From contig JBGSRK010000011.1 of assembly GCA_041737595.1 (NCBI GenBank), positions 75,806 to 139,805 of the forward strand: a stretch of 64,000 bases of DNA, read 5' to 3'. The stretch's first letter is position 1; every line of letters starts with the position of its first letter. The translations under genes and the position numbers were made by a program. Shown here piece after piece: positions 12,860 to 23,402 of this stretch. The notes below the pieces were generated by a model, which made no database searches, was not told the origin of the DNA, and saw nothing but the letters and a program-made list of their open reading frames with translations. Source of the stretch: Patescibacteria group bacterium. Lineage in GTDB: Bacteria; Patescibacteriota; CPR2; UBA1875.

Positions 12860-13108
12860 ATGTTACAAGCAATTTTATGGGGAGTTATATTTATAGCTTC
12901 AGGTATCGGTCTAGTTGTTTATGCAAGAAAGCTAGTTGAATGGTTTGGTACAATGGCAACAGCTGAGAAATATCTTGGTTCGGGCGGTACTTATTCGGCC
13001 TTAAGAATAATGGGTATTTTATCAATAATTATAGGGATACTCGTAATGACTGGTTTTTTGGATGATGCACTTTTCAGTGTTGTGAAATTGTTTGGCGTTG
13101 AAAGATAG
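12860..13108 (+). CDS. small two-TM membrane protein
   Basis: 82-aa hydrophobic ORF with gaggg RBS between the two tRNAs. Confidence 0.7.
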   Translation: MLQAILWGVIFIASGIGLVVYARKLVEWFGTMATAEKYLGSGGTYSALRIMGILSIIIGILVMTGFLDDALFSVVKLFGVER

Positions 13109-13187
13109 TTTTTGCTAGTTTTTTTTCAGTTGGAATTAATAGATTCCAACTGCAGAGAAAGCAGAGTAGAAGAGTGAAATCCGCCGT

Positions 13188-13264
13188 GGGCCTGTAGCTC
13201 AGTTGGCTAGAGCGCCTCGCTTGCACCGAGGAGGTCGCAGGTTCGATTCCTGTCAGGTCCACCA
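13188..13264 (+). tRNA. tRNA-Ala(TGC), integration target
   Basis: Cloverleaf, anticodon arm cctcg-ctTGCac-cgagg, encoded CCA. Confidence 0.97.
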
Positions 13265-13266
13265 TA
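13257..13266 (+). repeat. att core copy 1 (tRNA-Ala 3' end)
   Basis: GTCCACCATA. Confidence 0.85.
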
Positions 13267-14778
13267 TTACCATCAGAGTCAGAAATATGCTCTTTTATCC
13301 TGAAGGGAAGGGATAAACTGGGTGTTCCAAATCCCGTCGCCAAGGAGTATTCAGGGTTCTGAGTAAAGATCATATTGTGCAAAATGATTTTGGCTTCAGG
13401 ACTGGCTTTCACCCACGTTTCAGCCGGTGTTCCGATGAATCTAAATACTAGCATAAGAGCTTCCTGTATATCAGGGAGTTTTTTAGTTTCTGATTCTTTT
13501 TCGAATTCCCTTAATTGTCTGTCTACTTCCTCAATTTTTGTTTCATATCGGACTCTTAGTCCTTCAGAGCGAGCCTTACGCACAAGATCAACATAGTCCT
13601 CAAGTGCCTGCTCAAGCTCCTTCTTTTCGTTTTCCTTGGCGTCATAGCCAACACTTAAATCCTTAACTTTTTCATCTCAAACCATTGTTGCCATAGCCAT
13701 ACCCATCTCAAGGACTTCTGGCCCAGCATTAATACTTTCAAGAAGTTGTATGTAATCACTCTCTAATTTAATGGGATCGATATTCTTTGGGTTAGCACTA
13801 CATCCTTTATTATTACAGGTATAGTGGGGGTAGTATTTGTATTTGCCTTTACATACACTTCCAGTCATCTTTTTACCACAAACGGCGCAAGTGATAATTC
13901 TTCTCAAGGGAAATTCATAATTATCAGTTAATCGTGTTCTCTTTTCTGGCTTTGCTATTTTTGCCTGAATCTTATAATAGGTTTCTTCAGAGATAATAGC
14001 TTTGTGATGTCCGGGTCTTTTCGTGATTTCCCACTTATCAAACTCAATAATGCCTGCATAAAGCGGCTCTGTTAGTAATCTCTTGATAAGGTCAAAATTC
14101 ACTTGCTTACTATTTCGTCCTATAAGAACATGAAAGTTCTTTGATATTAGATAATTCATGAGATCTGTCTGACTCAATAAGCGGTTTTCTGCAAATGCAT
14201 TTAATCCTTCTGATAGTACACTTGCTATAGACTTAATGGGGACAAGCAGCTTGCCGTGCTCCTTATCTTTCTGATACTCATAACCACAGGGTGCCATAAA
14301 ACACCAATAACCACGCTCAATCCTTGCTTTCATTTTCTGGCAAACTTGTCTTCGGTTTTGCTTGCGTTCAAGCTGATTCTGGGCAGCAAAGATTGTTTCA
14401 ACGAATTCACCCTCAGCACTGTCGTCAAAGTTATAATTCAGACATCGAAGTTTGGCTTCTCTAGCTCTTAGCTCTGACTTTAGTTTTATGTGGACTTCTA
14501 CATCTCTTGCAAATCTCTTTAGGTCATCAAAAATAACAAAATACTTAGTCTGCCAGTTAATGTCTAAAAACCCGATTAATGATTGCATTGCTGGCCGATC
14601 AAATAGCCCCCCTGATATTCCCTCGTCTTTGAACACTTTTTCAACCTGTAGACCAAGTGAGCGGGCATATTCTCTACACCTATGTTCCTGGCTATCCAAA
14701 CCACTGCCTTCTCTGACTTGTTTTTCAGAGGAGACCCGGCAGTATATAACAGCTTTTGTGTAGTTTGCTTCCATTATA

Positions 14779-14991
14779 TTACCTGAAATCGTCTAAATAA
14801 TAATTAATTGATTTATCAATTATCCCAATCAGATAATTTCGGATTTCGGCAACCTTCTCGTCACTTAAATTGAATTTCCCTAAATATTCTTTACACTCCT
14901 CAACACTAATAACCTTAGAGTCGGGAGTTTCGTGAGCACGAAAGGAACCTTGACCAAGACCGTTAACGGCACTACCATGTGAGTTTTTCAT
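14779..14991 (-). CDS. small protein upstream of recombinase (candidate directionality factor)
   Basis: 70 aa, ggaggg RBS; resembles 30932-31114. Confidence 0.6.
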   Translation of the reverse strand: MKNSHGSAVNGLGQGSFRAHETPDSKVISVEECKEYLGKFNLSDEKVAEIRNYLIGIIDKSINYYLDDFR

Positions 14992-15000
14992 ATTCCCTCC

Positions 15001-15056
15001 TATCTGTATATAGATAACTATATACTAATAATATATCTGTATACAGATAGTGTCAA
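15001..15056 (-). promoter_or_regulatory. promoter with two palindromic operators
   Basis: Minus strand TTGACA-17-TATTAT; TATCTGTATACAGATA at 15034-15049 and TATCTGTATATAGATA at 15001-15016. Confidence 0.7.
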
Positions 15057-15167
15057 GAGTAATTTACAAACAAACCGATATATTGTGATTCACCATAAAA
15101 TGATTGACTTTTCTAATAAATTTGACTAACATTACGCTTAAACTAATGGAGGGTAGGAGTATGACTA

Positions 15168-17822
15168 ATGGATCTTCTCCAAGCCCACCTTGCCCCTACA
15201 ACACTAAATGAGTTTCTTGCGGAAGTCAGACCGCTATGGTCTGCTCTGTTGGTTCTCTTGCCTCGTTTGGTTTACTTGTCGATCGGCGTCAGTACCATCT
15301 ACGCCGTTGTTTACTTTCTTTTGAAATACCTTCGGCCACTAGCTACCAAAAGGGAGCCGTTTGTATTTTTAGAGCTGACCTTCCCCTCAAATACCAGCAA
15401 GAGCCCTTATTCGACCGAACAGCTATTTTCCCAGCTTCATGCATTAGCCAAACAAAATAAGTTCTTTAGTAAAAAGGGTTATTCACTAGAAATAGCCGCT
15501 TCAAAAGAACAGGGAATCAGATATATCCTTGGAGCATCAGAAGACGATGCTGAGATTATTGAGAAGGGCCTTCTTTCTTACTTGCCAGGTTTAAAGATTA
15601 AGGAGATTAAAGACTATCTGCCCGCTGATCTTAAGCTCGACAAAAAGAGCAGTTTAATCGAATTCAAGTTGAAAGGCGACATTGCATTTCCTCTTCAGAA
15701 GCATCTCAAGCTTACCGAGCATGACCCAATCTCGTTTCTAACTGGCAATATGACTAAGTTAAACAAAAATGATCTAATGGTTTTTCAGGCGATTATCACT
15801 CCACTAAGGCACCAAAGCCAGGAAGGTAGGCACATCTTCGATGTTAGACATAAGATTTATGGCCAAGAGGCCTTAATCGAGGAACTGTCCCAAAGGCAGT
15901 GGCGAAAACAGTGGTCTGATTCGCCTTTCGTCGTAATAAAATGGATCCTGAAAGCTTTTGGCTTTGTTATGAGTTTTCTTTTAAGCATGGTTCAAGCTTT
16001 TATGGACCATCGGAGTAGTAATATCTCTTATCTCCAGAATAAGCCGTCAGGAGTAAATAAAGAAGCGACCCAGAACCCTTATGAAGAAGAGCTAAAGCAG
16101 GAGGTCAAGGGTAAAGTTGAACAACCGTTATTTGAAACTTCTTTGCGGCTGTTCATTAAAACTAGCGAACATGCTCAAGTAAGGGTAAGGACTGCGGGAT
16201 TTTTAGCCTCTTTTAACTCACTTGGTACCTCGTTTCAGTCCCTAGTTCTAAAAAAGGATAAACGATTACAGTTTCCAACTAGACTCAACCAGTTTTTAGT
16301 AAGACAGGTTTCTCCCGAGGGCAACCCAGTTCTTTCGATCACTGAACTTGCCGACATCTACCATTTCCCATTTACTAGCACTACTAAGACTGAAGACCTT
16401 GTAAAGAGCCACAGCCAAGAATTGCCAGCTCCTTTATCTCTTAAAAATAACGATAACCTTGATGTTGTCTTTGGCATTAATAATTATGGTAATGCAGCTA
16501 GCGATATCGGCCTCACAGATGATGATCGGTCCCGTCACATGTATTTGATTGGACAGACCGGCTCCGGTAAATCAACAATCATTTACCACATGGCATCTGA
16601 CGATATTAGGAAGGGTCGAGGCGTTTGTGTCGTCGATCCTCATGGTGACTTAGCCGAAGGACTTTTAGAAGAAGTTCCCGATTCAAGGATAAACGACGTT
16701 ATCTACCTAAATCCATTTGATATCAAACATCCCATCGGTATTAACCTTTTAGAGCTAACTCCAGGGCTAGAACCAGACGAAGCGGAGCTAGAGAAGGAAA
16801 TTGTTTGTGAAAGCGTGATATCTATCCTACGAAGAATCTTTAGAAAAGATGAGAACACTGATTCACACAGAATTGAATATATCCTAAGAAATGCTATCTA
16901 TACCGCCTATACCGTCCCAGATGCGACCATCTTCACCGTTTACGACCTTTTGAATGAGCCAAGCTTTAGAAAACAAGTAACACGGGACCTTGCTGACCCT
17001 AATCTCAAGAAGTTTTGGAAAAACGAGTTTGGTAAAGCTGGTGACTATCAAGTTGTTAAGATGGCAGGTGGTGTCACGGCTAAAATCGGTAGATTTTTGT
17101 TCTCGCCAATCGCTAAAAGAATCCTAGAGCAAAAACACTCAACGATAGATTTCGACGAGATTGTTGATAATGAAAAGATTCTGCTTTGTAACCTTGCCGA
17201 AGGTAAGCTAGGTGAAGATACGGCTCAGCTTCTAGGCACGGCCATTATCGCGAAGATCCATCTAGCCATGACTAGGCGCGCTCAGATGGACGCGACCAAA
17301 AGAAAACCTTTTTATCTCTTCGTTGATGAGTTCCAAAACTTTGCTACCAGTTCCTTTACTCGATTGCTTTCCGGAGGCAGAAAGTACGGGCTTAGAGTTA
17401 CTATCGCAGAACAATCAACCGCCCAGCAAGATGATCGAAACATTATCAATGTTATTCTCGCTAACGTTGGCACAGTGGTATGCTTTAGGACGGCTAGTCC
17501 ACTAGACGAGGGACTGATGATGCCTCAGTTTGCACCGCTTGTCGATGTAGGTGACATCGCCAATCTACCTCGGCACCATTTCTACATTAGACTAGCCGCT
17601 CTCGAGCCAGAGGATGCCTTTTCTGGTGAAACCCTCCCAATTCCTACAAGGAACGACAAAGAACGAGTAATGAGGGTTATAAAGGCCTCAAGGAAGAACT
17701 ATGCTATTACCTATGAGAAGCCAGTAGCAGAAACAAAGACACCAGAGGTACTAGAGAAAAAACCCAAAGTTAAAAAAGAGAAGGAAAAGGACTTGCCACA
17801 GGAGGTTAATGCACTCAGCTAG
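15168..17822 (+). CDS. type IV secretion coupling protein / VirD4-TraG-like ATPase
   Basis: Walker A GQTGSGKS, VVDPHGDL, Walker B LFVDEFQNF, GRKYGL; N-terminal TM. Confidence 0.85.
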   Translation: MDLLQAHLAPTTLNEFLAEVRPLWSALLVLLPRLVYLSIGVSTIYAVVYFLLKYLRPLATKREPFVFLELTFPSNTSKSPYSTEQLFSQLHALAKQNKFFSKKGYSLEIAASKEQGIRYILGASEDDAEIIEKGLLSYLPGLKIKEIKDYLPADLKLDKKSSLIEFKLKGDIAFPLQKHLKLTEHDPISFLTGNMTKLNKNDLMVFQAIITPLRHQSQEGRHIFDVRHKIYGQEALIEELSQRQWRKQWSDSPFVVIKWILKAFGFVMSFLLSMVQAFMDHRSSNISYLQNKPSGVNKEATQNPYEEELKQEVKGKVEQPLFETSLRLFIKTSEHAQVRVRTAGFLASFNSLGTSFQSLVLKKDKRLQFPTRLNQFLVRQVSPEGNPVLSITELADIYHFPFTSTTKTEDLVKSHSQELPAPLSLKNNDNLDVVFGINNYGNAASDIGLTDDDRSRHMYLIGQTGSGKSTIIYHMASDDIRKGRGVCVVDPHGDLAEGLLEEVPDSRINDVIYLNPFDIKHPIGINLLELTPGLEPDEAELEKEIVCESVISILRRIFRKDENTDSHRIEYILRNAIYTAYTVPDATIFTVYDLLNEPSFRKQVTRDLADPNLKKFWKNEFGKAGDYQVVKMAGGVTAKIGRFLFSPIAKRILEQKHSTIDFDEIVDNEKILLCNLAEGKLGEDTAQLLGTAIIAKIHLAMTRRAQMDATKRKPFYLFVDEFQNFATSSFTRLLSGGRKYGLRVTIAEQSTAQQDDRNIINVILANVGTVVCFRTASPLDEGLMMPQFAPLVDVGDIANLPRHHFYIRLAALEPEDAFSGETLPIPTRNDKERVMRVIKASRKNYAITYEKPVAETKTPEVLEKKPKVKKEKEKDLPQEVNALS

Positions 17823-17952
17823 GTCATGAAAATAGTGTACACTTACGTCCACTAAATAAGCTGATTTTCGTGCTTAAATCTTATAAAACTACTACGTTAA
17901 TATTTATATACTATATATATCTGACTAGCCAACTAACTAACTTACAAAAACT

Positions 17953-18735
17953 ATGAAGCAAACAACAACACAACCTACAATCAAACAAAGACAAATCGAA
18001 ATACTTATCCTACTCTATCGGTTCCGCTATTTAAATAGAGCTCACATTCAAGCAATACTAGAACATAAATCAAGAAGTAAAATACTAGAATGGTTAAATG
18101 AACTAAAAGAAGAGAACTACATTGAGTGTGAGTTTGACAAGAAAATAGCATCGTCTCCTTCTGTATACTCATTAGCCCCCAAGTCTCGCAGTATCTTAAA
18201 AGATAACCCAATGATCAAACCCAGGCTTCTTGGTCATATTTGGAGGGATAAAACATATTCTGATGAGTTCCGCGATCACTGTCTTTTCTTAGGCGATATC
18301 TACCTCTCGCTGATTACACTCACTAACAAGATCGGAGCAGAACTACATTATTACACCAAGCCAGACCTACATGGTATGGGACACTTGATTACGCCTATCC
18401 CTGACGGCTACTTTGCCATTGAAGAAAACAGCGGGCGAACCAAACGATATTTTCTCGAACTCTTTGACGATCTGCCCCCTAGGTTTTTAAGAACTCGTCT
18501 CAATAGCTACTTTAAGTACTATGATTCGGATGAATGGCAATATAATACCGACAAACCGTTTCCTGAAATCATTATTGTCTGTCCGAGTGATAGAATTAAA
18601 AGCCACCTTAGCTATTATATTCAGAGCAAGCTCGAAGAAGATTCAGAAATTGTTTTCCTCCTAACTACCAAAGAGATCATAAAAGTCCATGGATTGAGTA
18701 GTAAAGCATTACAAAAGATTGCACCGAAGGCATGA
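17953..18735 (+). CDS. replication-relaxation family protein (putative relaxase)
   Basis: N-terminal wHTH (LYRFRYLN...I), PDGYF...YFLE nuclease-like motif; adjacent to coupling protein. Confidence 0.7.
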   Translation: MKQTTTQPTIKQRQIEILILLYRFRYLNRAHIQAILEHKSRSKILEWLNELKEENYIECEFDKKIASSPSVYSLAPKSRSILKDNPMIKPRLLGHIWRDKTYSDEFRDHCLFLGDIYLSLITLTNKIGAELHYYTKPDLHGMGHLITPIPDGYFAIEENSGRTKRYFLELFDDLPPRFLRTRLNSYFKYYDSDEWQYNTDKPFPEIIIVCPSDRIKSHLSYYIQSKLEEDSEIVFLLTTKEIIKVHGLSSKALQKIAPKA

Positions 18736-18775
18736 AAAAAGGCCCGAGAAGTTAAACACTTCCCGAGCCTCTTTT

Positions 18776-19099
18776 CTAGTACTCATCTGCGAGCATCACC
18801 GTCATCGCTCTTTTACAGTCATGAAATAGTGGATCAGCACCATATTCCATGTTCTGATCGTAGTAATCAATCTTCCAGAAGACTTTATCATCTTCCCACT
18901 TCAAACTTCCGAAGTCGTGTTCGCCGTAGGGATCATTATCTTCGTTAAAGTCATTGAACAGTCTAATCCTACCCAATAGACTCTCTAGGTTTCTGATAGC
19001 TTGAACCCCTTGAGTCAAGATGACACCAAACCCTGACTCTCGAAACCGATCATTTAAGACCGCTATGCTTGCAGCCTGAACATCTAACGCACTTACCAT
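18776..19099 (-). CDS. DUF3768 domain protein
   Basis: LNDRFR, NDPYGEHDFG, FWKIDYYD, TVMLADEY. Confidence 0.85.
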   Translation of the reverse strand: MVSALDVQAASIAVLNDRFRESGFGVILTQGVQAIRNLESLLGRIRLFNDFNEDNDPYGEHDFGSLKWEDDKVFWKIDYYDQNMEYGADPLFHDCKRAMTVMLADEY

Positions 19100-19357
19100 T
19101 TCTTTTCTCCTTTCTTTTATTTTTTCTGGGCAAGTCGACCTCTTGCCTCAAGAAGGAGGGAAGAACAGCACTCTGGGCATGTCAAGGTGGAGCCCATCCG
19201 ATTAAAAGCAATAGAAAAAGGGATCACCTTGATGTGCTCAGAACTGTTCTTATAATGAGAAGGAATGGCAGGAGGTCGTTGCACCACACCGAAAACCAGA
19301 AGCTCTTTATTTTTACTCTTAAAAATGCTAGGATTAAGCCAAAGTAAGGAGATTTTT

Positions 19358-19780
19358 ATGGCAGACGAAACCGAAAAGCCTGATGGTAGCAAAACTACTT
19401 TTAGTCATCAACTAAAGCCGGATCAGCCAGAATCGACAGAAGAACCGGTTGATCCTGAAGCTCTTGCTAAAATTGAGAATAGAAAACAGAGAGTCAGTGC
19501 TAATGAGCGCCGACTAGCTGAGAGAAAAGAGCATGGCGAACTATCTGAAGCTGATTTTGGATTTAATGAAGTAAGCCAGCTAGACTCGGCCGGAATTCCT
19601 TTATCACGCAAAGCCGTGGGTAATAGAGCTGTTGTAATAACGCAAGAGGATCTTGAATACCTCGGGGGCATCGAAATGGTTACGGACAATGGAGAAACCG
19701 TGCTATTTTCCCCCGAAGTCACCGGGTATGACCTAGACGAAAGAATTATTATCTGGCCAGAAGAACTTGGCGACATTTAA
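19358..19780 (+). CDS. hypothetical acidic protein
   Basis: aaggag RBS before ATG 19358. Confidence 0.6.
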   Translation: MADETEKPDGSKTTFSHQLKPDQPESTEEPVDPEALAKIENRKQRVSANERRLAERKEHGELSEADFGFNEVSQLDSAGIPLSRKAVGNRAVVITQEDLEYLGGIEMVTDNGETVLFSPEVTGYDLDERIIIWPEELGDI

Positions 19781-19807
19781 ATCATGAAATAGTGAGGCAG
19801 TATATTT

Positions 19808-20434
19808 ATGAAGATACACATACTTGAATCCGAAGACTGGGCAAAGTGCACCCTTAGCAAAGAGGATGTCTCAAAATGGATCACCGAATCAGCTGAAGAA
19901 GCCTCTGCTTTACTTTTGGATGTCATGCCGACCTTAAATATTATCGTTAAGCCAAGTTTACCTCATATATCCAACAACAAGGGCGTTGGTGGTTCTACTT
20001 ACGATTATGAGCTAGTAGACATTACTTTTGATACTGCGATTCCGTTGGGGGTTGATAAGTTTCGTAAATATCTTAGGGAAGCCATCTTTCACGAAATGAA
20101 CCATGCAATGTATTCACGTTTCTTTCCTCGCGAGGGCAGGCAACTTTACTGGACGGTTCTAGAAGGTCTAGGCACCGTTTTCGACCGAGACTACGCCGAT
20201 GGCGAACACTTCACTAATGTCGAGACGGCCACCGATAAAGAAAAGCTGGGATGGCTAAACAAATATATAGTTACTTCTACCAGGTATAGTGATGTTCCTG
20301 ATGACTCGCAAGGTATGGTGTACCAAGTTGGGGTTTGGTTAGTTGATCGGGCAATAAAAAACTCTGGTAATAACGTCGTTGAACTTACACATTTATCGCC
20401 AGACGAGATATTGCAGATGGCTGATATTATATAG
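19808..20434 (+). CDS. putative Zn-dependent protease (DUF2268-like)
   Basis: HEMNH zincin motif plus downstream EGLG. Confidence 0.7.
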   Translation: MKIHILESEDWAKCTLSKEDVSKWITESAEEASALLLDVMPTLNIIVKPSLPHISNNKGVGGSTYDYELVDITFDTAIPLGVDKFRKYLREAIFHEMNHAMYSRFFPREGRQLYWTVLEGLGTVFDRDYADGEHFTNVETATDKEKLGWLNKYIVTSTRYSDVPDDSQGMVYQVGVWLVDRAIKNSGNNVVELTHLSPDEILQMADII

Positions 20435-20577
20435 CTATTTACCAATACCATAATATAATCTGTTCTTATAATTAGAATGATGGCAGGAGGTCAACACACT
20501 TATTACACTTATTCGGATATAATCATTTGATTATTCGTATCAATGTGATACGATTACATAGGAGAAATGATACGAAT

Positions 20578-21633
20578 ATGATTACACAAACACAATTACA
20601 ACAAAAAATTATCTCTATCCTAATTAGGAATGATTCAGTACAATCGTCTGGTGTTTATGACGCCCTTGTATTGGAGGGTCATGAAACGTCTCTTGTGTCC
20701 GTAAAGAGAAATCTGACAGAGATGGTCAGAAATGGGACAATTACCATCCATGGTGGTGGACGCTCAACCTTCTATAAGGTGACTACACTCGGGAGGATAT
20801 TTTTTGAAATTGACTCGAATAAGTATATCGCTATAGAGCCAGATAGACGCTATGGACTTACTGAGTACAATTTTGATTTATTTCCCGATTTTCCTAATGA
20901 AATCTTTGCTACTAATGAACTTAGTCAGTTAGAGTCTGCCACAAAAGATTACCACCAAAGAACAAGGGACATCTCTGCTACTATCGAGGATAAAGAGCTG
21001 CAACGCCTAGTCATAGAGCTTTCTTGGAAGTCCTCAAAGATTGAAGGGAATACATATACTCTCTTAGATACAGAGAAACTGATATTAGAAGGCAAAGAGG
21101 CACCTGGACACACCAAAAATGAGGCCAGAATGATTTTAAATCACAAGGATGCCTTTAACTTTGTGCGGGAGAACAAGGAGTTGTATCGGAATTTGACCGA
21201 GGCAAATATTGAGAAATTACACTCAATTTTGATAAAAGAACTTGGAGTAACCACCGGGTATCGAAAATCGCTTGTCGGCATTACAGGTTCAAAGTACAAA
21301 CCTCTCGATAATATATATCAGATCAATGAAGCAATAAGGCAACTTATCCAAGCTGTTTCCGGAGCAAAAGACCCCTATACTAAGGCGCTACTTGCCCTTA
21401 TTGGAGTTAGTTATATACAGCCGTTTGAGGACGGGAATAAGCGTACAGGTAGACTGCTCGCCAACGCAATACTCTTGGCACACAGTTGCGCCCCACTTTC
21501 ATATAGAAGTGTAGAGGAAGGTGATTATCGAAGTGCGGTCTTAGTATTCTACGAGCTTAACTCAGTTGTACCGATAAAGAAAATATTCATTGATCAATAT
21601 TTGTTTGCTGCTAAGAACTATGCGGTTAATTAG
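20578..21633 (+). CDS. Fic family protein with N-terminal wHTH
   Basis: SSKIEGN inhibitory motif; QPFEDGNKRTGR Fic motif variant. Confidence 0.85.
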   Translation: MITQTQLQQKIISILIRNDSVQSSGVYDALVLEGHETSLVSVKRNLTEMVRNGTITIHGGGRSTFYKVTTLGRIFFEIDSNKYIAIEPDRRYGLTEYNFDLFPDFPNEIFATNELSQLESATKDYHQRTRDISATIEDKELQRLVIELSWKSSKIEGNTYTLLDTEKLILEGKEAPGHTKNEARMILNHKDAFNFVRENKELYRNLTEANIEKLHSILIKELGVTTGYRKSLVGITGSKYKPLDNIYQINEAIRQLIQAVSGAKDPYTKALLALIGVSYIQPFEDGNKRTGRLLANAILLAHSCAPLSYRSVEEGDYRSAVLVFYELNSVVPIKKIFIDQYLFAAKNYAVN

Positions 21634-21892
21634 TAATCGGTTCGTTTTTTTACTCTTTAATTAAAACATTGTTTCTGAATCCATAAAGTGCAGTATATCA
21701 GGAGAAACTTTGTACTTGTTTTGCATTTTCTGATACAATAAACATAAGCTATTTACGGGGGGACAAGAGTGTTCAGACAAGAACAATTTGTACAATTCTA
21801 TAAAACTACAAAAGAATCGCTCCAGGCGGGTCTCCTTAGCTTTGCCTATATAACAAACAGGAGGGACAATATATGTCTATATCAGAACAAAC

Positions 21893-21910
21893 CTCTCTCT
21901 CTCTCTCTCT
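21893..21910 (+). repeat. (CT)9 simple sequence repeat in a short leader ORF
   Basis: Read directly; leader ATG at 21873 with ggaggg RBS. Confidence 0.85.
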
Positions 21911-22020
21911 GTAAGAATCCGAAATTTATGTAAATATTTCCGCTACTTAGAAGCAAGTATACGATCAGTAGGGACGATTTTGTCGTCTCCTTTTGTAATA
22001 AATAAACGCATGGGGGTATT

Positions 22021-22689
22021 ATGAAAATCATAAAGAAGTTACGTTACGTCTGGATGCGACTCAGGTACCGTGTTCATCTACTGGTGAGGCGGATGCACGA
22101 TAGATTATTCGCTAGGAAAAAGCGCTATTACAAGTTTCACCAGAAGCCGTATGCCAAGCATGTAGTACGAGGGCTAAAGGCAATATCGGTAGTACTGATA
22201 CTGGTCGGTGCTATAGGGCTGTTCAATATGTTTAAGCCAGGTAACGCTTGGGCTGCCAGTGTCTACTCTTGGACCCAAACAGACTGGACCTGTGGTGCCG
22301 ATACTAGTAACTTTCCTGTACACCCCACGAACCAAGCAACATGGTGTAAATACTTCTCGAAGGATAGCAGTGTCAGTACTAGTACAGCGGGTACGGTAAC
22401 GCTAAACTCTGGCTCTAGTGCCTTCACCGACAATACTACGGCCGGCTTCAATGCAGGGACCACGAACAATGTTGGGGTAAATGCCAATCAGGCCTTGCTT
22501 TTGAAACCTCTAGGAGCCACGGCCGCAAATGCTTGGGAGTGTGCCAGCGCGTTTGTCTCGGGAGGTGTCTGTTTTAATGCGTGGTTAACGATCACACTGA
22601 AGCGGACAGTTTCACCGATCACGTTCAAAGTCTCACTGAAATTATCTCACTTATGGCTGAGGGACTTTCAGCCGAAGAAAAATCGGTAG
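22021..22689 (+). pseudogene. N-terminal remnant of a secreted/surface protein, fused to a virB4 remnant
   Basis: TM/signal then SWTQTDW; Thr/Ser/Gly-rich composition stops near 22585, where the VirB4 frame begins. Confidence 0.6.
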
Positions 22690-23402
22690 TTGATAGCGCC
22701 ATTATTAAAACTTATCAGAAATCCGGTTTCACCAGAAGGAAGACCACTAAAAAGAACGATAAACCATATCCAAAACTAACCGATCTCTACTCGACCCTAA
22801 AAACAATGAAACAACTGAAACTTTGTCGAAGGCTTGAGAAATACACTAAAGGCTCACTGGCTGAGGTATTTGATACCCAAACCAATATAGAGCTCAATAA
22901 CCGCCTGGTCGTCTTTGACACGAAAGACCTGCCAGAGTCACTCCGTCAGTTAATGCACCTAATTATCGCTCAATATGTTCAAAACCAAGTCAAAAATGAT
23001 ATCTGTAAGCGCATCCTTGTCATAGATGAAGCGTGGTTAATGCTAGAGCACGAAGAAAGCGCTAGATTCATCGCTGGACTAGTTAGAAGGGCAAGAAAGT
23101 ACTATCTAGGAGTCAGTATCATCTCCCAGCAAGCTAATGACTTTCTCTCAAATAGTTATGGGAGAGCGATTGCTTCTCAAAGCGCCCTAAGAATCCTAAT
23201 GCGCCAAGATACCACTACAATCAAGAACGTGGGGATTGAGTTCGGGCTTTCTGAATATGAAGAGAAGTTTCTCCTGACCTGTGAACGAGGAGAGGCTTTA
23301 ATTATTGCCGATCAGCATCATGTAGCGGTTAAGGTAACAGCTTCAGAAGATGAGCATCCATTAATTACAACGGACCCCGCGGAGCTCTCAAGGGCTAAAT
23401 AA
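22581..23402 (+). pseudogene. VirB4-like conjugation ATPase, C-terminal fragment
   Basis: LVIDEAW Walker B, RRARKY, ISQQ; Walker A region absent. Confidence 0.8.

Larger units (their letters stand above)
13074..14774 (-). pseudogene. large serine recombinase with one in-frame TGA (13679-13677)
   Basis: YCRVSS catalytic motif, DDLKRFAR, Zn ribbon CAVC...C; ORFs 13677-14774 and 13074-13583 are in the same frame (MV*DEK versus DVWKEK in the paralog). Confidence 0.85.

Noticed and set aside
13677-13679. TGA recoding (genetic code 4/25) to explain the split recombinase
   Set aside because: Other genes end in TGA, long ORFs are intact under code 11, and a neighbouring gene is broken by TAA; a nonsense mutation is simpler.
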